Shown piece by piece: positions 50,063 to 58,657 of a stretch of DNA of 64,000 bases; position 1 is the stretch's first letter, and every line of letters starts with the position of its first letter. The notes under the pieces were generated by a model. The model worked only from the letters and a program-made list of their open reading frames with translations. It was not told the DNA's origin and did not search any database. Source of the stretch: Acidobacteriota bacterium (lineage in GTDB: Bacteria; Acidobacteriota; UBA6911; RPQK01; JAJDTT01); assembly GCA_965263035.1 (NCBI GenBank), contig OZ253580.1, positions 1,120,001 to 1,184,000 of the forward strand, given 5' to 3'. The translations under genes were made by a program, and so were the position numbers.

Positions 50063-50368
50063 TCAGTCGGGTGCTCCTACTCCGGGAAGGATCTCGCCGG
50101 TCGGAGACACCGGAAAGGCCACCAGGTTCTCCCGCTCCTGCGAGAAGTTCTTGTCGTAGTAGAGGCGGCGGCCCAGGGAGATGGTCCCGGCCGTCGGCGG
50201 ATTGTCTGCGGATACGTGAACGGGGGGTAACCCCAGAGGCGCCTGGATCTGGATGGGTTCGCCGATGGGCATGGTGCCGGTAGCCTGCCCGGTAGGGGTT
50301 ACCGTATAGCCGCCCGACAGCAGCAGGCAGGCGACAAAGGCCAAAGCGGTGAGATAACGGAAATTCAT
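50063..50368 (-). pseudogene. Cytochrome c peroxidase (MauG/CCP) remnant with a large internal deletion
   Basis: Signal peptide plus PLGLPP..ADNPPT..TISLGRRLYYD (CCP N-terminus) joined to ERENLVAF..S.TGE (CCP C-terminus); no CxxCH motifs. Confidence 0.75.
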
Positions 50369-50505
50369 CACGGACCAATCTCCTCCAGAAAAACCAGTGA
50401 GCGCCATCCGCGGCGGCTCGACCATTCATACGACCCCGGATATCAGATGTTTCATCTGGATTTCCGGTGTCATCAAGTGAGACGGGGCCGGGAACCGGCG
50501 GCGGA

Positions 50506-51558
50506 TTATGGTGTAACGGCGACCAGATCCACCAGCAGATCGCGTATCCGGGGAACCTGCCGGGTATCGATCTTCAGGTGCCGATGCCGCCCGTGGCCGC
50601 CCCGCTCGAGTCGGGTTCTGCCCTCAGGATCGAGGATCACCTCCCCGGGAGAGGAGAGCAGGAAGTCATCCCGGTGGGGGCGCACCGAATAGAGAACACT
50701 GGTCAAGTCCCATGTCGGCCGGTCGTGAAGGCTCGGGACATACAGGCGGTACGACTCGCGGAGGGGATGGCGCGCGGCGCTGTCCTCATTTCGCCGCATG
50801 CGCTCTCCGGGGTAGAGGATGGACTTTCCGATCTCGTAGCCGCTCACCACGATGGGCGTGGGCCAAGCGCCGAAAAGCTTCCGCGCGGACGGCAGATCCT
50901 TGTAGATGTTGTATTCGCGCCCTCCCTTCGGCCCGGGTTGGCCGAAGCTGCCTGCCACCATGGAGAGCAGGCGGATCTTCCTGGACGCCAGATCTTTTCC
51001 TTGAAGCGGGGAGTATCGGTCGGGAGGAGAATCCAGCAGACGGGCCAGGTTGGTGGAGAAACCCACCTGGATCACCGTCACCGAATGATCGGGTTGACTC
51101 GCCAATGTCCTCCGAAGCAAGGCGGTAGCCTCCTCGACTTCGCCGGGACGCTTCAGAGATCGAGCATACCTCAGCCTGCCTTGATCCCTGGCTTCGCAGA
51201 CCTGCCGAACGTACAGGCCGGCCTCCGGCGTCGGCCCGTTTTGCACTTTCCCGATGGGAATTCCGGGTCTCCCGTAGAAGTGGTTGAGAAGATCGCAGTA
51301 GGCGGCGGCGAAGAAATTGTCCTTGCTGACGGTCACGGCCAGCAACCGGCACTCCCCCCGGTCCTGAAGCGCATGGATCACACCGAGCGCCAGGGCGTCG
51401 TCGATGTCGTTCCCCATGTCGGTGTCGTAGATCAGCCGCACCGGTTCGACCTCCCCCTGCACCTGCGGGGCTTCCAAGATGGCACCGTAGAGCCAAACTC
51501 CAATCGCCAGGAGAAGAACGACGGCGTCACCCCTGTTCTTGGTACGTATTCCAAGCAT
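50506..51558 (-). CDS. Inosine-uridine nucleoside hydrolase family protein, probably exported
   Basis: DTDMGNDIDDALAL, REYNI, RPTWDLTSVL. Confidence 0.88.
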   Translation of the reverse strand: MLGIRTKNRGDAVVLLLAIGVWLYGAILEAPQVQGEVEPVRLIYDTDMGNDIDDALALGVIHALQDRGECRLLAVTVSKDNFFAAAYCDLLNHFYGRPGIPIGKVQNGPTPEAGLYVRQVCEARDQGRLRYARSLKRPGEVEEATALLRRTLASQPDHSVTVIQVGFSTNLARLLDSPPDRYSPLQGKDLASRKIRLLSMVAGSFGQPGPKGGREYNIYKDLPSARKLFGAWPTPIVVSGYEIGKSILYPGERMRRNEDSAARHPLRESYRLYVPSLHDRPTWDLTSVLYSVRPHRDDFLLSSPGEVILDPEGRTRLERGGHGRHRHLKIDTRQVPRIRDLLVDLVAVTP

Positions 51559-51927
51559 CACGGATGTCCTTCCGGACGCCGTCCGATACGCTGTACACCA
51601 ATCGGACACGCCCGTCGTTGCGGGTGGTTGCGATTCTCATTCTCTCCCGCCAACCTCTTCGCGTTTCCGTTCAACACCACGATCGCCTTCTATGGTGACG
51701 TTCATTCGTGCGACCCACAAGGCCAGGAACCGCCAAGTTCCCTACTGAAAAAAAGCTTTTTGGGCCTCAACCTGGGGATCGAACCAGACCCGGGAGAAGT
51801 AGACTGTCCCTTTCTCGCGGCTCACGCGTGGAGACACCCGAGGTTAATGATGCCAAGAACTTGACGGCAGGTGACAGCTTAGTCATATACTTAGCTAATC
51901 TGAGGTCGTTGTCCAAGGGGCCAAGCC

Positions 51928-52161
51928 ATGTCAGTCGTCAACGTACACGAGGCCAAGACACATCTCTCCCGGCTTCTGGCGCGGGCCGAACGAGGTGAAG
52001 AAGTCGTGATCGCCCGCAATGGCGAACCGGTTGCGAGGCTGGTTCGTTACGAAAAAGATCGAGGCGTCCGGCAGTTCGGTTCGATGAAGAGTCGAGTTGT
52101 GGTGGATGACCGTTTCTTTGAGCCGCTCCCGGAGTCTGAGCTGGCAGCCTGGGAGTCTTGA
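51928..52161 (+). CDS. Phd/YefM family antitoxin
   Basis: VNVHEAKTHLSRLL..AERGEEVVIARNGEPVARL. Confidence 0.93.
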   Translation: MSVVNVHEAKTHLSRLLARAERGEEVVIARNGEPVARLVRYEKDRGVRQFGSMKSRVVVDDRFFEPLPESELAAWES

Positions 52162-52556
52162 GTCAGAGAGTGCGTATCCTCCTCGACACCCATGCATTCT
52201 TGTGGTGGCTGGCCGGTAGCGAGCGATTGTCCGAGGCTGCCCGCGCCGCAATAAGCGAGGCAGCGAATGACATCTTCATCAGCGCGGCGTCCGCTTGGGA
52301 AATCACCACGAAGCATCGTCTCGGAAGACTCCCGGGAGCCGAGAGCGTCGCCTTGGACGTGGTCGGCTGCATTCGGAGCCAAGGGTTTCGGGAACTGCCG
52401 ATTACAGCCCACAACGGTGAGCGCGCCGGGCGGCTGCCCGGTCCACATCGCGACCCTTTCGACCGGATGTTGATCGCCCAAGCACTGACCCTCGACCTGC
52501 CCCTCGTATCTGTCGAAAAGCTCTTCGACAGATACGGCGTGAAACGCATCTGGTAA
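52158..52556 (+). CDS. vapC: PIN-domain VapC toxin
   Basis: LLDTHAFLWW, SAASAWEI, HRDPFDRMLIAQA; overlaps the antitoxin stop. Confidence 0.93.
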   Translation: MSQRVRILLDTHAFLWWLAGSERLSEAARAAISEAANDIFISAASAWEITTKHRLGRLPGAESVALDVVGCIRSQGFRELPITAHNGERAGRLPGPHRDPFDRMLIAQALTLDLPLVSVEKLFDRYGVKRIW

Positions 52557-52700
52557 CGGCGGTGGTCGTCTTTTCCATCGCCTACTTCTGTTCCTTGGAG
52601 TCCTTTGCCCGTGAGACCTCGCAAATTGATGACTGCTCGGCGTCCAACTCCAGGACCCGGCCGTAGTAGACTTGGCGCTCACGTGACGGGGGCCGAAAGC

Positions 52701-54143
52701 ATGCGACACGTTCGGACATTGTTGATCCTGTGCGGTCTTCTGGCACCTGCGGCCTGCTCGTCGCCGCCGGAAGTCCGCGAGCCGCTCGACGTCGGAAGCC
52801 GGCGACAGTTGCTGCTGGACGACGCCTGGTTCGACCACAGCGACAACGTGGAGCTGACCCTGCACCGGCCCACGCTCCGGGAAACCGTGATTCGCTGCGA
52901 CCGCCCCTGGGAGGGAAAGAGCCTCCACTACACCACGGTGGTAGGGGACGGCGGGCGTTTTCGAATGTGGTACCGGGTCGCCCTGGGGAATCCTCGGGTG
53001 GATTCGGGCCAGGACACGGTGCTGACCTGCTATGCCGAGAGCCGGGACGGGATCGTCTGGGAGAAACCGGACTTGGGGCGCTATGAATTTGAAGGGTCCA
53101 CCCAAAACAACATCCTGGGGCCGCCGGAGGACTTCACCAACATCAGCGTGCTGCTGGACCCGAATCAGGAGGAGGGCAGTGGCGCTCGCTACAAGATGAT
53201 CTCCCGGGTCAACGGCATTTCCGGGTTCGTCTCATCCGACGGAATTCGATGGACCCCGGTCGCGACCAATCCCCTGTTGTCCAACGGCCCCTTCGACAGC
53301 CACAACATCCTGCTCTGGGACGACGAGCGGGAGCGGTACGTCATTTACCTCAGAGGGGTCGACAGTTCGGTGCCCGGGCCGTTCAAAGGCGGCCGCCGGG
53401 CCATCCGCCGGTCCGAGTCGACCGACTTTCTTCACTGGACCGAACCGGAGCTGGTCTTCTTCGGCGACGAGCAGGACCCTCCCGACTTCCACCTCTACAC
53501 CAACGCGGCCGTCAAATATTCCCGGGCCGCTTCCGCGTTCTTCATGTTTCCCATGATCCTGTACACCGACCGGTCCTACCCGGGTGCGCCCTATCCGGGT
53601 CTTTCCGACGTGCGTTTCGCCTACAGCCGGGACGGCATCCAATGGGAGAGATCCTACCGGGAACCCTACCTCACCCCGGGGCCGGACGAGCGCAACTGGC
53701 TGGACCGCAATCCCATCGTGGGGCACGGCCTGATCCGGACCGGACCCGGGGAGCTCTCCCTCTATTACTCGGATCTGTTCCGGGACCGCGAGAGCCGGAT
53801 TCGGCGCTGCACTCTTCGCACCGACGGCTTTGTCTCGGTGGACGGGCCCTACGAAGGCTGGGGAGAATTCACCACCCGGCCCCTCCTCTTCCAAGGGCAG
53901 GAGCTGGAGCTGAACTACAAAACCAGCGGCGGAGGGGCCATCCAAGTCGAGTTCCAGGATGCGCAAGGGGGAAAGCTGGAGGGATTCCAAATGGAAGATT
54001 GCATCTCGATCGTCGGCGACCGGATCGACGCCGTGGTGCAATGGAAGTCCAACCCCGACCTCTCCGGCCTTTCCGGCAAGCCTGTCCGGCTGCGGGTCCG
54101 CCTTCGCGACGCGCGCCTCTACGCGTTCCGATTTCGGCCCTGA
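52701..54143 (+). CDS. Putative beta-propeller glycoside hydrolase-like lipoprotein
   Basis: Lipobox-like PAAC; repeated S.DGI.W Asp-box-like motifs; LRTDGFVS, FTTRPL. Confidence 0.65.
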   Translation: MRHVRTLLILCGLLAPAACSSPPEVREPLDVGSRRQLLLDDAWFDHSDNVELTLHRPTLRETVIRCDRPWEGKSLHYTTVVGDGGRFRMWYRVALGNPRVDSGQDTVLTCYAESRDGIVWEKPDLGRYEFEGSTQNNILGPPEDFTNISVLLDPNQEEGSGARYKMISRVNGISGFVSSDGIRWTPVATNPLLSNGPFDSHNILLWDDERERYVIYLRGVDSSVPGPFKGGRRAIRRSESTDFLHWTEPELVFFGDEQDPPDFHLYTNAAVKYSRAASAFFMFPMILYTDRSYPGAPYPGLSDVRFAYSRDGIQWERSYREPYLTPGPDERNWLDRNPIVGHGLIRTGPGELSLYYSDLFRDRESRIRRCTLRTDGFVSVDGPYEGWGEFTTRPLLFQGQELELNYKTSGGGAIQVEFQDAQGGKLEGFQMEDCISIVGDRIDAVVQWKSNPDLSGLSGKPVRLRVRLRDARLYAFRFRP

Positions 54144-54216
54144 TTAGTTCATTGAAGTACTGCTCGAGAGAATTGCCGGTCCATCCCGGACCGGCGCCCC
54201 AACCAGGAGTTGAGCG

Positions 54217-55389
54217 ATGAAGATCTCGGACATCAAGGTGGACACCTTCCGCTACCGGACCCGGTGGTTTCGAGACTACGAGGGCCATTCCCATCCCGGA
54301 CCCGAACGCTGGACGACCAACAACCTGCTGACGATCCGGACCGACGAGGGAGCCGAGGGCTATTTTTTTGCCGGACCCTCCCAGGCAGTCGTGGATTCCC
54401 TGATCAAGCCGGCTCTCGTGGGTCAGAACCCCTTCTTCCGGGAGAAGATCTGGCAACGGATGCGGCGGATGCAGAAACTCACCAATTCGCTGCCCGACAT
54501 GATGATCGCCCACGTGGACTGCGCCCTTTGGGACCTGGCCGGACGGTACCTGCAGATCCCCGTGTACAAGATGATCGGCGCCGCTCGAACCCGGATTCCG
54601 GCCTACGCCAGCATAAATTCCGGCGACGACATCCCGGGCGGCCTCAGCACCCCGGAGGAGTACGCGCAATTCTCGGAGGAGTTGGTGCGGGACGGCTTCA
54701 AGGCCATCAAGCTGCACACCTGGATGCCGCCCATGCCCGGCTCACCGGACGTCAAGCGGGACGTGGCCGCCTGCGCCGCCGTCCGCGAAGCCGTGGGGCC
54801 GGATATCACCCTGATGCTGGACCCCCATCACCACTACGACCGGATCGAAGCGCTCTACCTCGCCAAGGAGATCGAGAAATTGGGTTTTCTCTGGATCGAG
54901 GAACCCATGAACGAGCACAGCATGTCCTCCTACGTCTGGCTCAACAGCAAGCTGGACATGGCGGTGCTGGGACCGGAGAACCTGGAAGGAAGTTACCAGT
55001 CCCGGGCCGAATGGGTCGTGAACGGAGCCTCCGACATGCTGCGGGGCGGCTGCGGTGAAGTGGGGGGCATCACGCCGATCCTGAAGCTGATTCACCTGGC
55101 CCAGGCCTTCAACCTCCGGATGGAGGTCCATGGGGGCGGCCCGGCCAACATGCACGTGATCTGCACCATGGACAACGGCTGGTTCTACGAGTGGGGACTG
55201 CTCCATCCCATGATCGAACGCTACCTCCCCTTTCCGTGGCAGAAGACCCTCTATGATCCGCTGGAGGCGGACGGCTGCGTCCAGGTTCCCGAGCGTCCCG
55301 GCCTGGGGGACGACATCGATTTCGAGTACGTCCGGGAACACACGATCGGTGAAGGGGGATCCAGCCTGGGAGCGCCGGACGTTTACTGA
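54217..55389 (+). CDS. Mandelate racemase/muconate lactonizing enzyme (enolase superfamily)
   Basis: VDCALWDLAG, KAIKLH, LMLD, WIEEP, GPE, PERPGLG. Confidence 0.92.
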   Translation: MKISDIKVDTFRYRTRWFRDYEGHSHPGPERWTTNNLLTIRTDEGAEGYFFAGPSQAVVDSLIKPALVGQNPFFREKIWQRMRRMQKLTNSLPDMMIAHVDCALWDLAGRYLQIPVYKMIGAARTRIPAYASINSGDDIPGGLSTPEEYAQFSEELVRDGFKAIKLHTWMPPMPGSPDVKRDVAACAAVREAVGPDITLMLDPHHHYDRIEALYLAKEIEKLGFLWIEEPMNEHSMSSYVWLNSKLDMAVLGPENLEGSYQSRAEWVVNGASDMLRGGCGEVGGITPILKLIHLAQAFNLRMEVHGGGPANMHVICTMDNGWFYEWGLLHPMIERYLPFPWQKTLYDPLEADGCVQVPERPGLGDDIDFEYVREHTIGEGGSSLGAPDVY

Positions 55390-55394
55390 GGAAG

Positions 55395-56384
55395 TCAGGG
55401 CCGGCTTCCCAGAAACCGGTCGAACCACTGGCACACCAGCTCGAAGTACTCCAGCTTGAAGACGTGCCGGCCCGGGGGTTGGTAGACCTTGAAGTGATCC
55501 GGCTTCCCGGCCGCAGCGTAGACGGGTTCGACCTCGCGGATCAAACGATCGACTCCGGCCTTGGGCATGTCCTCGTCCTCGGTGGGCGCCAACATCATGA
55601 AGGGACGCGGGGCGATGCAACTGTTCACGATGTCCCAATGCTCGAAGTAGCGGAGCATGTGGGGGAGGTAGGCAAACGAGCTGTGGCGTCCGGGCATGCC
55701 CTCGTGGATGTTGATGCGCAGGCTCCCCAGCCCGCCGCAGACGGCCGCACCGGTTCGGATCCAGTCTCCCAGCGCCAACCCCAGCCAAGTGGCCCATCCG
55801 CCCAGCGACATGCCGGCCAACCCGATGCGGCCGGCGTCGACTCGCTCCAGGGCCCCCAGGACCCGGGCGGCTCGAAGCACCTCGTCGGCAATGACACCGA
55901 TCTGGGACCGGCCGAAGGGGATCAGCATCCGGCTCTCCTGCTCCCAACGTTCCAGGGTGATCCGCCGCGTCTCGGCGCCCTTGGGCGTGAAGGTCAACAT
56001 GGCGTAACCGCGGCGCGCCAGTTCCCGTCCCCAGCCAAAGAGCGGGCCGGCGTCGGGCCGGGGCCGGTGGCAGCGCTCGTGGGCAACCTGGTCGGCGGTG
56101 CTGCCCGTGCCGTTCATGCAGACCAGCCCGGCCAGCGGGCCTGACGGCGCCCGCGGACGGATGAACCTGGCCGAGATCACCTCTCCCAGATAGTTGGGGA
56201 AGGTGATGCGGCTCTCGTGCAGGCCTGCCTCCTGCTCCCCGTCTCGGACCTTCCGCAGGGTGAAGGCGACGCGCTCGGGAATATCCTCCAGGCCGATGAG
56301 CTCTCGAAACTTCCCGGGGACCTGGGTCGGGGGGAGGTCGACGGGAAACGCCGGCTCGATATTACGGGGGATGGTTTCCGTCAC
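55395..56384 (-). CDS. Alpha/beta hydrolase (dienelactone hydrolase/acetylxylan esterase-like)
   Basis: RIGLAGMSLGG nucleophile elbow, IAPRP, GRH; GTG start overlapping the upstream stop. Confidence 0.85.
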   Translation of the reverse strand: MTETIPRNIEPAFPVDLPPTQVPGKFRELIGLEDIPERVAFTLRKVRDGEQEAGLHESRITFPNYLGEVISARFIRPRAPSGPLAGLVCMNGTGSTADQVAHERCHRPRPDAGPLFGWGRELARRGYAMLTFTPKGAETRRITLERWEQESRMLIPFGRSQIGVIADEVLRAARVLGALERVDAGRIGLAGMSLGGWATWLGLALGDWIRTGAAVCGGLGSLRINIHEGMPGRHSSFAYLPHMLRYFEHWDIVNSCIAPRPFMMLAPTEDEDMPKAGVDRLIREVEPVYAAAGKPDHFKVYQPPGRHVFKLEYFELVCQWFDRFLGSRP

Positions 56385-57058
56385 GCGCCTGCTCCGGAGA
56401 GGGACGGACCGGGCGCCGCTACGCCGGGAATTCCAATCCTCTCGGGCATGGTCCGCCGCCTCCGGATGCGCAAGGGAATCCTGGGATCGGCGTCCGGGTC
56501 GGAATCGGTCCCGGCGGGCACGCATAGAGCCTCCTCGCCGGGAACGCTCTGGTGCGTGTAGTAGTGCTCGAACACCGGATAGTTGTAGCTGCCCGGCAGG
56601 TAGATGAAATTGTCCATTCCGGTGTGCGGCAGGTCGGTCAGCCAGTAGCCGATGCACAGTCGTAGAGGAAGGACGGGCGAGAAGGTGGCATAGGGTGTGG
56701 GCCGGGGCGAGTCGGGATGCCACCTGCTCCGATCCGGGTTCCGGGGCCGGACGAAGAAGTCCGAACGCTGCACCTTCAACAGCTCGCCGTACAGATCGTA
56801 ACCGTATCCAACGTGACGAGGGTGATCGATGAGCTCGCTCAGGACCGGGTCCGCCGCCACGGCGTTGGTGACACGATAGTCCTGACCGGGCCGGTAGTTC
56901 GGGTCCGAAGCGCGGGCCTGATCGATGGCCTCGACATAGCGGTCCACCTCCTCCTTGGAGAGGGCGTTCCTGAAGCTGAGCATTCCCCGTTCCAGGAACT
57001 CCTCCCACTGTTCCGCGGTAAAACCCGGCGGCGCAACTCGAAACTTCCGTTCGGTCAC
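56381..57058 (-). pseudogene. Phytanoyl-CoA dioxygenase (PhyH) family gene, apparently internally deleted
   Basis: WHPD, YWLTD, YLPGS present, but after VPAGT the strand carrying the distal His is missing. Confidence 0.6.
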
Positions 57059-57128
57059 AAATGGTCTCTTGTCCGTTTCAAGTCACGCGCGTTCCCGCTG
57101 TCCCATCGCGCCTGTGGCGGGCCGCTAG

Positions 57129-57288
57129 CAGTCCGTGGTGAACGTCCCGCGTAGCACCGAAACCGGGGCTGCGCCCGCCGGACAAGGCGCGACGAGGGAG
57201 CATATTCGACCCTATGCGACCGAGTCGCAACGCCGTCCGCCGGGATGCAGAACCGGTCGAATGCCGCGACGACTTTTGCCACGGGCTG
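57129..57288 (+). mobile_element. MITE family B, copy 3 (diverged)
   Basis: Same termini and length as copies 1-2, with internal substitutions; flanks CTAG/CTAT. Confidence 0.85.
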
Positions 57289-57294
57289 CTATGG

Positions 57295-58584
57295 TCAGGT
57301 TTTGGTTTTCTCCCTCACCAGGTCGTCGCGGCTCAGGTGGACCCGGTCGAAGCTGTCGCCGGAGATGACGTAGTACCAGGCGGCGAAACGGACATTGAGC
57401 CGATCGGAGCGCTCCCGCGCCTCCTCCACCTGTTTCTTCCGCTCCTCTTCCTCCGTCGAAGGGTTCTGGATGTCCTTCTCGTCAAATGAGGCGCTGATGA
57501 ATAGGTAGCGGTTCTCGCCCGGGCCGCTCTCCTTGTCGTCGCTGGCGTCGCTGCCGGCGGTGACCGCCTCCCCCGACCCGTAGACGACCTCGCCGAAGCG
57601 GAGCGTGTAGGTCACGCCATCGGAGGTCAGGACCGTCATCTCCCCTTCGTTGGAGACCAGCGAGCCCTGACGCGTGAAGTAGAACCCCTTGTTCTGGAGA
57701 GACATCATGGCGGCCTGGGTGATTCTGGACGACCCCTCGGCCCGCATCAGGGTGCGGGACAACCCCGCAGGCTTGGGCCGGACACCCACGATGTTGAGTT
57801 CGTCGATGGACCGCATCAGCTCGGTGGCGCGGTAGGTCTCCATCTCCTCGTTGGAGCGAAGCTTGCCGAGGGTCCAATCGCTGCCCTTCTTGGTCAGGAC
57901 CAGCTTGCCGCGCCGATTCAACGAGCCGGTGCGCTCGTTGATGGAGTAGTTCTCCAGGACGACGCTGACGATGTCGTCCTTCTCCAACTGCAGCAGGTCC
58001 TTCTCGATCCAGTCCTCGAACTTGGTGGAGGGCTCTACCGGCATCTGGGCCACATAGACCCTCTTCTGGTCCGGCAACCGAACGAAGCGGAGGTTCTCCC
58101 GCTCCTCCACCTTCTTGCCCACGATCAGATCGGCCAGGACCTCGCCACCGTCCCCCTTGATGGTGACGCGGCGTCCCCGGCCCCGCAGGCTGGTCTCTCC
58201 CTCGTCCAGCGGGTCCAGGACTCCACAGATCTCATGGTCCGAGACGTTGTTGGACCGGAAGTCATCCTTGCGCATCTCGATGATGCCGGCGGCCGTCTTG
58301 GAAAGGAGTTCCTTGCCGTCGGCGGGATAGTCGTGGTGCGATGGGATGGTCCACTTCCCTCCCTGAGAGGTCACCTTGAAGGGACGGGCCGAAGCCGTGT
58401 CCGCGTCGAAATCCACCACTTCCAGAGAGACCGCCACGTTGGGATCGGTGAAATCGGGGAAGAAGGATTCGCCGACGTCCAGGAAGGCGTCGGGAGTGAC
58501 CCTGCCGGGAACCGTGACCAGGGCGACCAGCAGAATCAGAACGCCGCCGCCCAGGTAGCTCAAGGATTTGTTCGTTTCACTCAT
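57295..58584 (-). CDS. DUF4340 domain protein
   Basis: W.IPSHHDYPAD, WIEKDLL, RFAAWYYVIS; follows a GldG-type gene. Confidence 0.8.
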   Translation of the reverse strand: MSETNKSLSYLGGGVLILLVALVTVPGRVTPDAFLDVGESFFPDFTDPNVAVSLEVVDFDADTASARPFKVTSQGGKWTIPSHHDYPADGKELLSKTAAGIIEMRKDDFRSNNVSDHEICGVLDPLDEGETSLRGRGRRVTIKGDGGEVLADLIVGKKVEERENLRFVRLPDQKRVYVAQMPVEPSTKFEDWIEKDLLQLEKDDIVSVVLENYSINERTGSLNRRGKLVLTKKGSDWTLGKLRSNEEMETYRATELMRSIDELNIVGVRPKPAGLSRTLMRAEGSSRITQAAMMSLQNKGFYFTRQGSLVSNEGEMTVLTSDGVTYTLRFGEVVYGSGEAVTAGSDASDDKESGPGENRYLFISASFDEKDIQNPSTEEEERKKQVEEARERSDRLNVRFAAWYYVISGDSFDRVHLSRDDLVREKTKT

Positions 58585-58657
58585 GGCTCCATGACCTCAA
58601 CCTTTTTTAGCTTATGACACCGGCAGTCAGGGTCCGGCCGAAGCGGGCACCCAGCCC

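Noticed and set aside
51861-51900. Promoter/operator upstream of the toxin-antitoxin pair (TTGACG...TATACT, TTAGCTAA palindrome)
   Set aside because: Plausible, but the 19-nt spacer and short palindrome are too weak to call
55395-57008. 537-aa ORF as a single fused protein
   Set aside because: The first ~200 aa are an alternative frame of the PhyH gene; the hydrolase begins at GTG 56384
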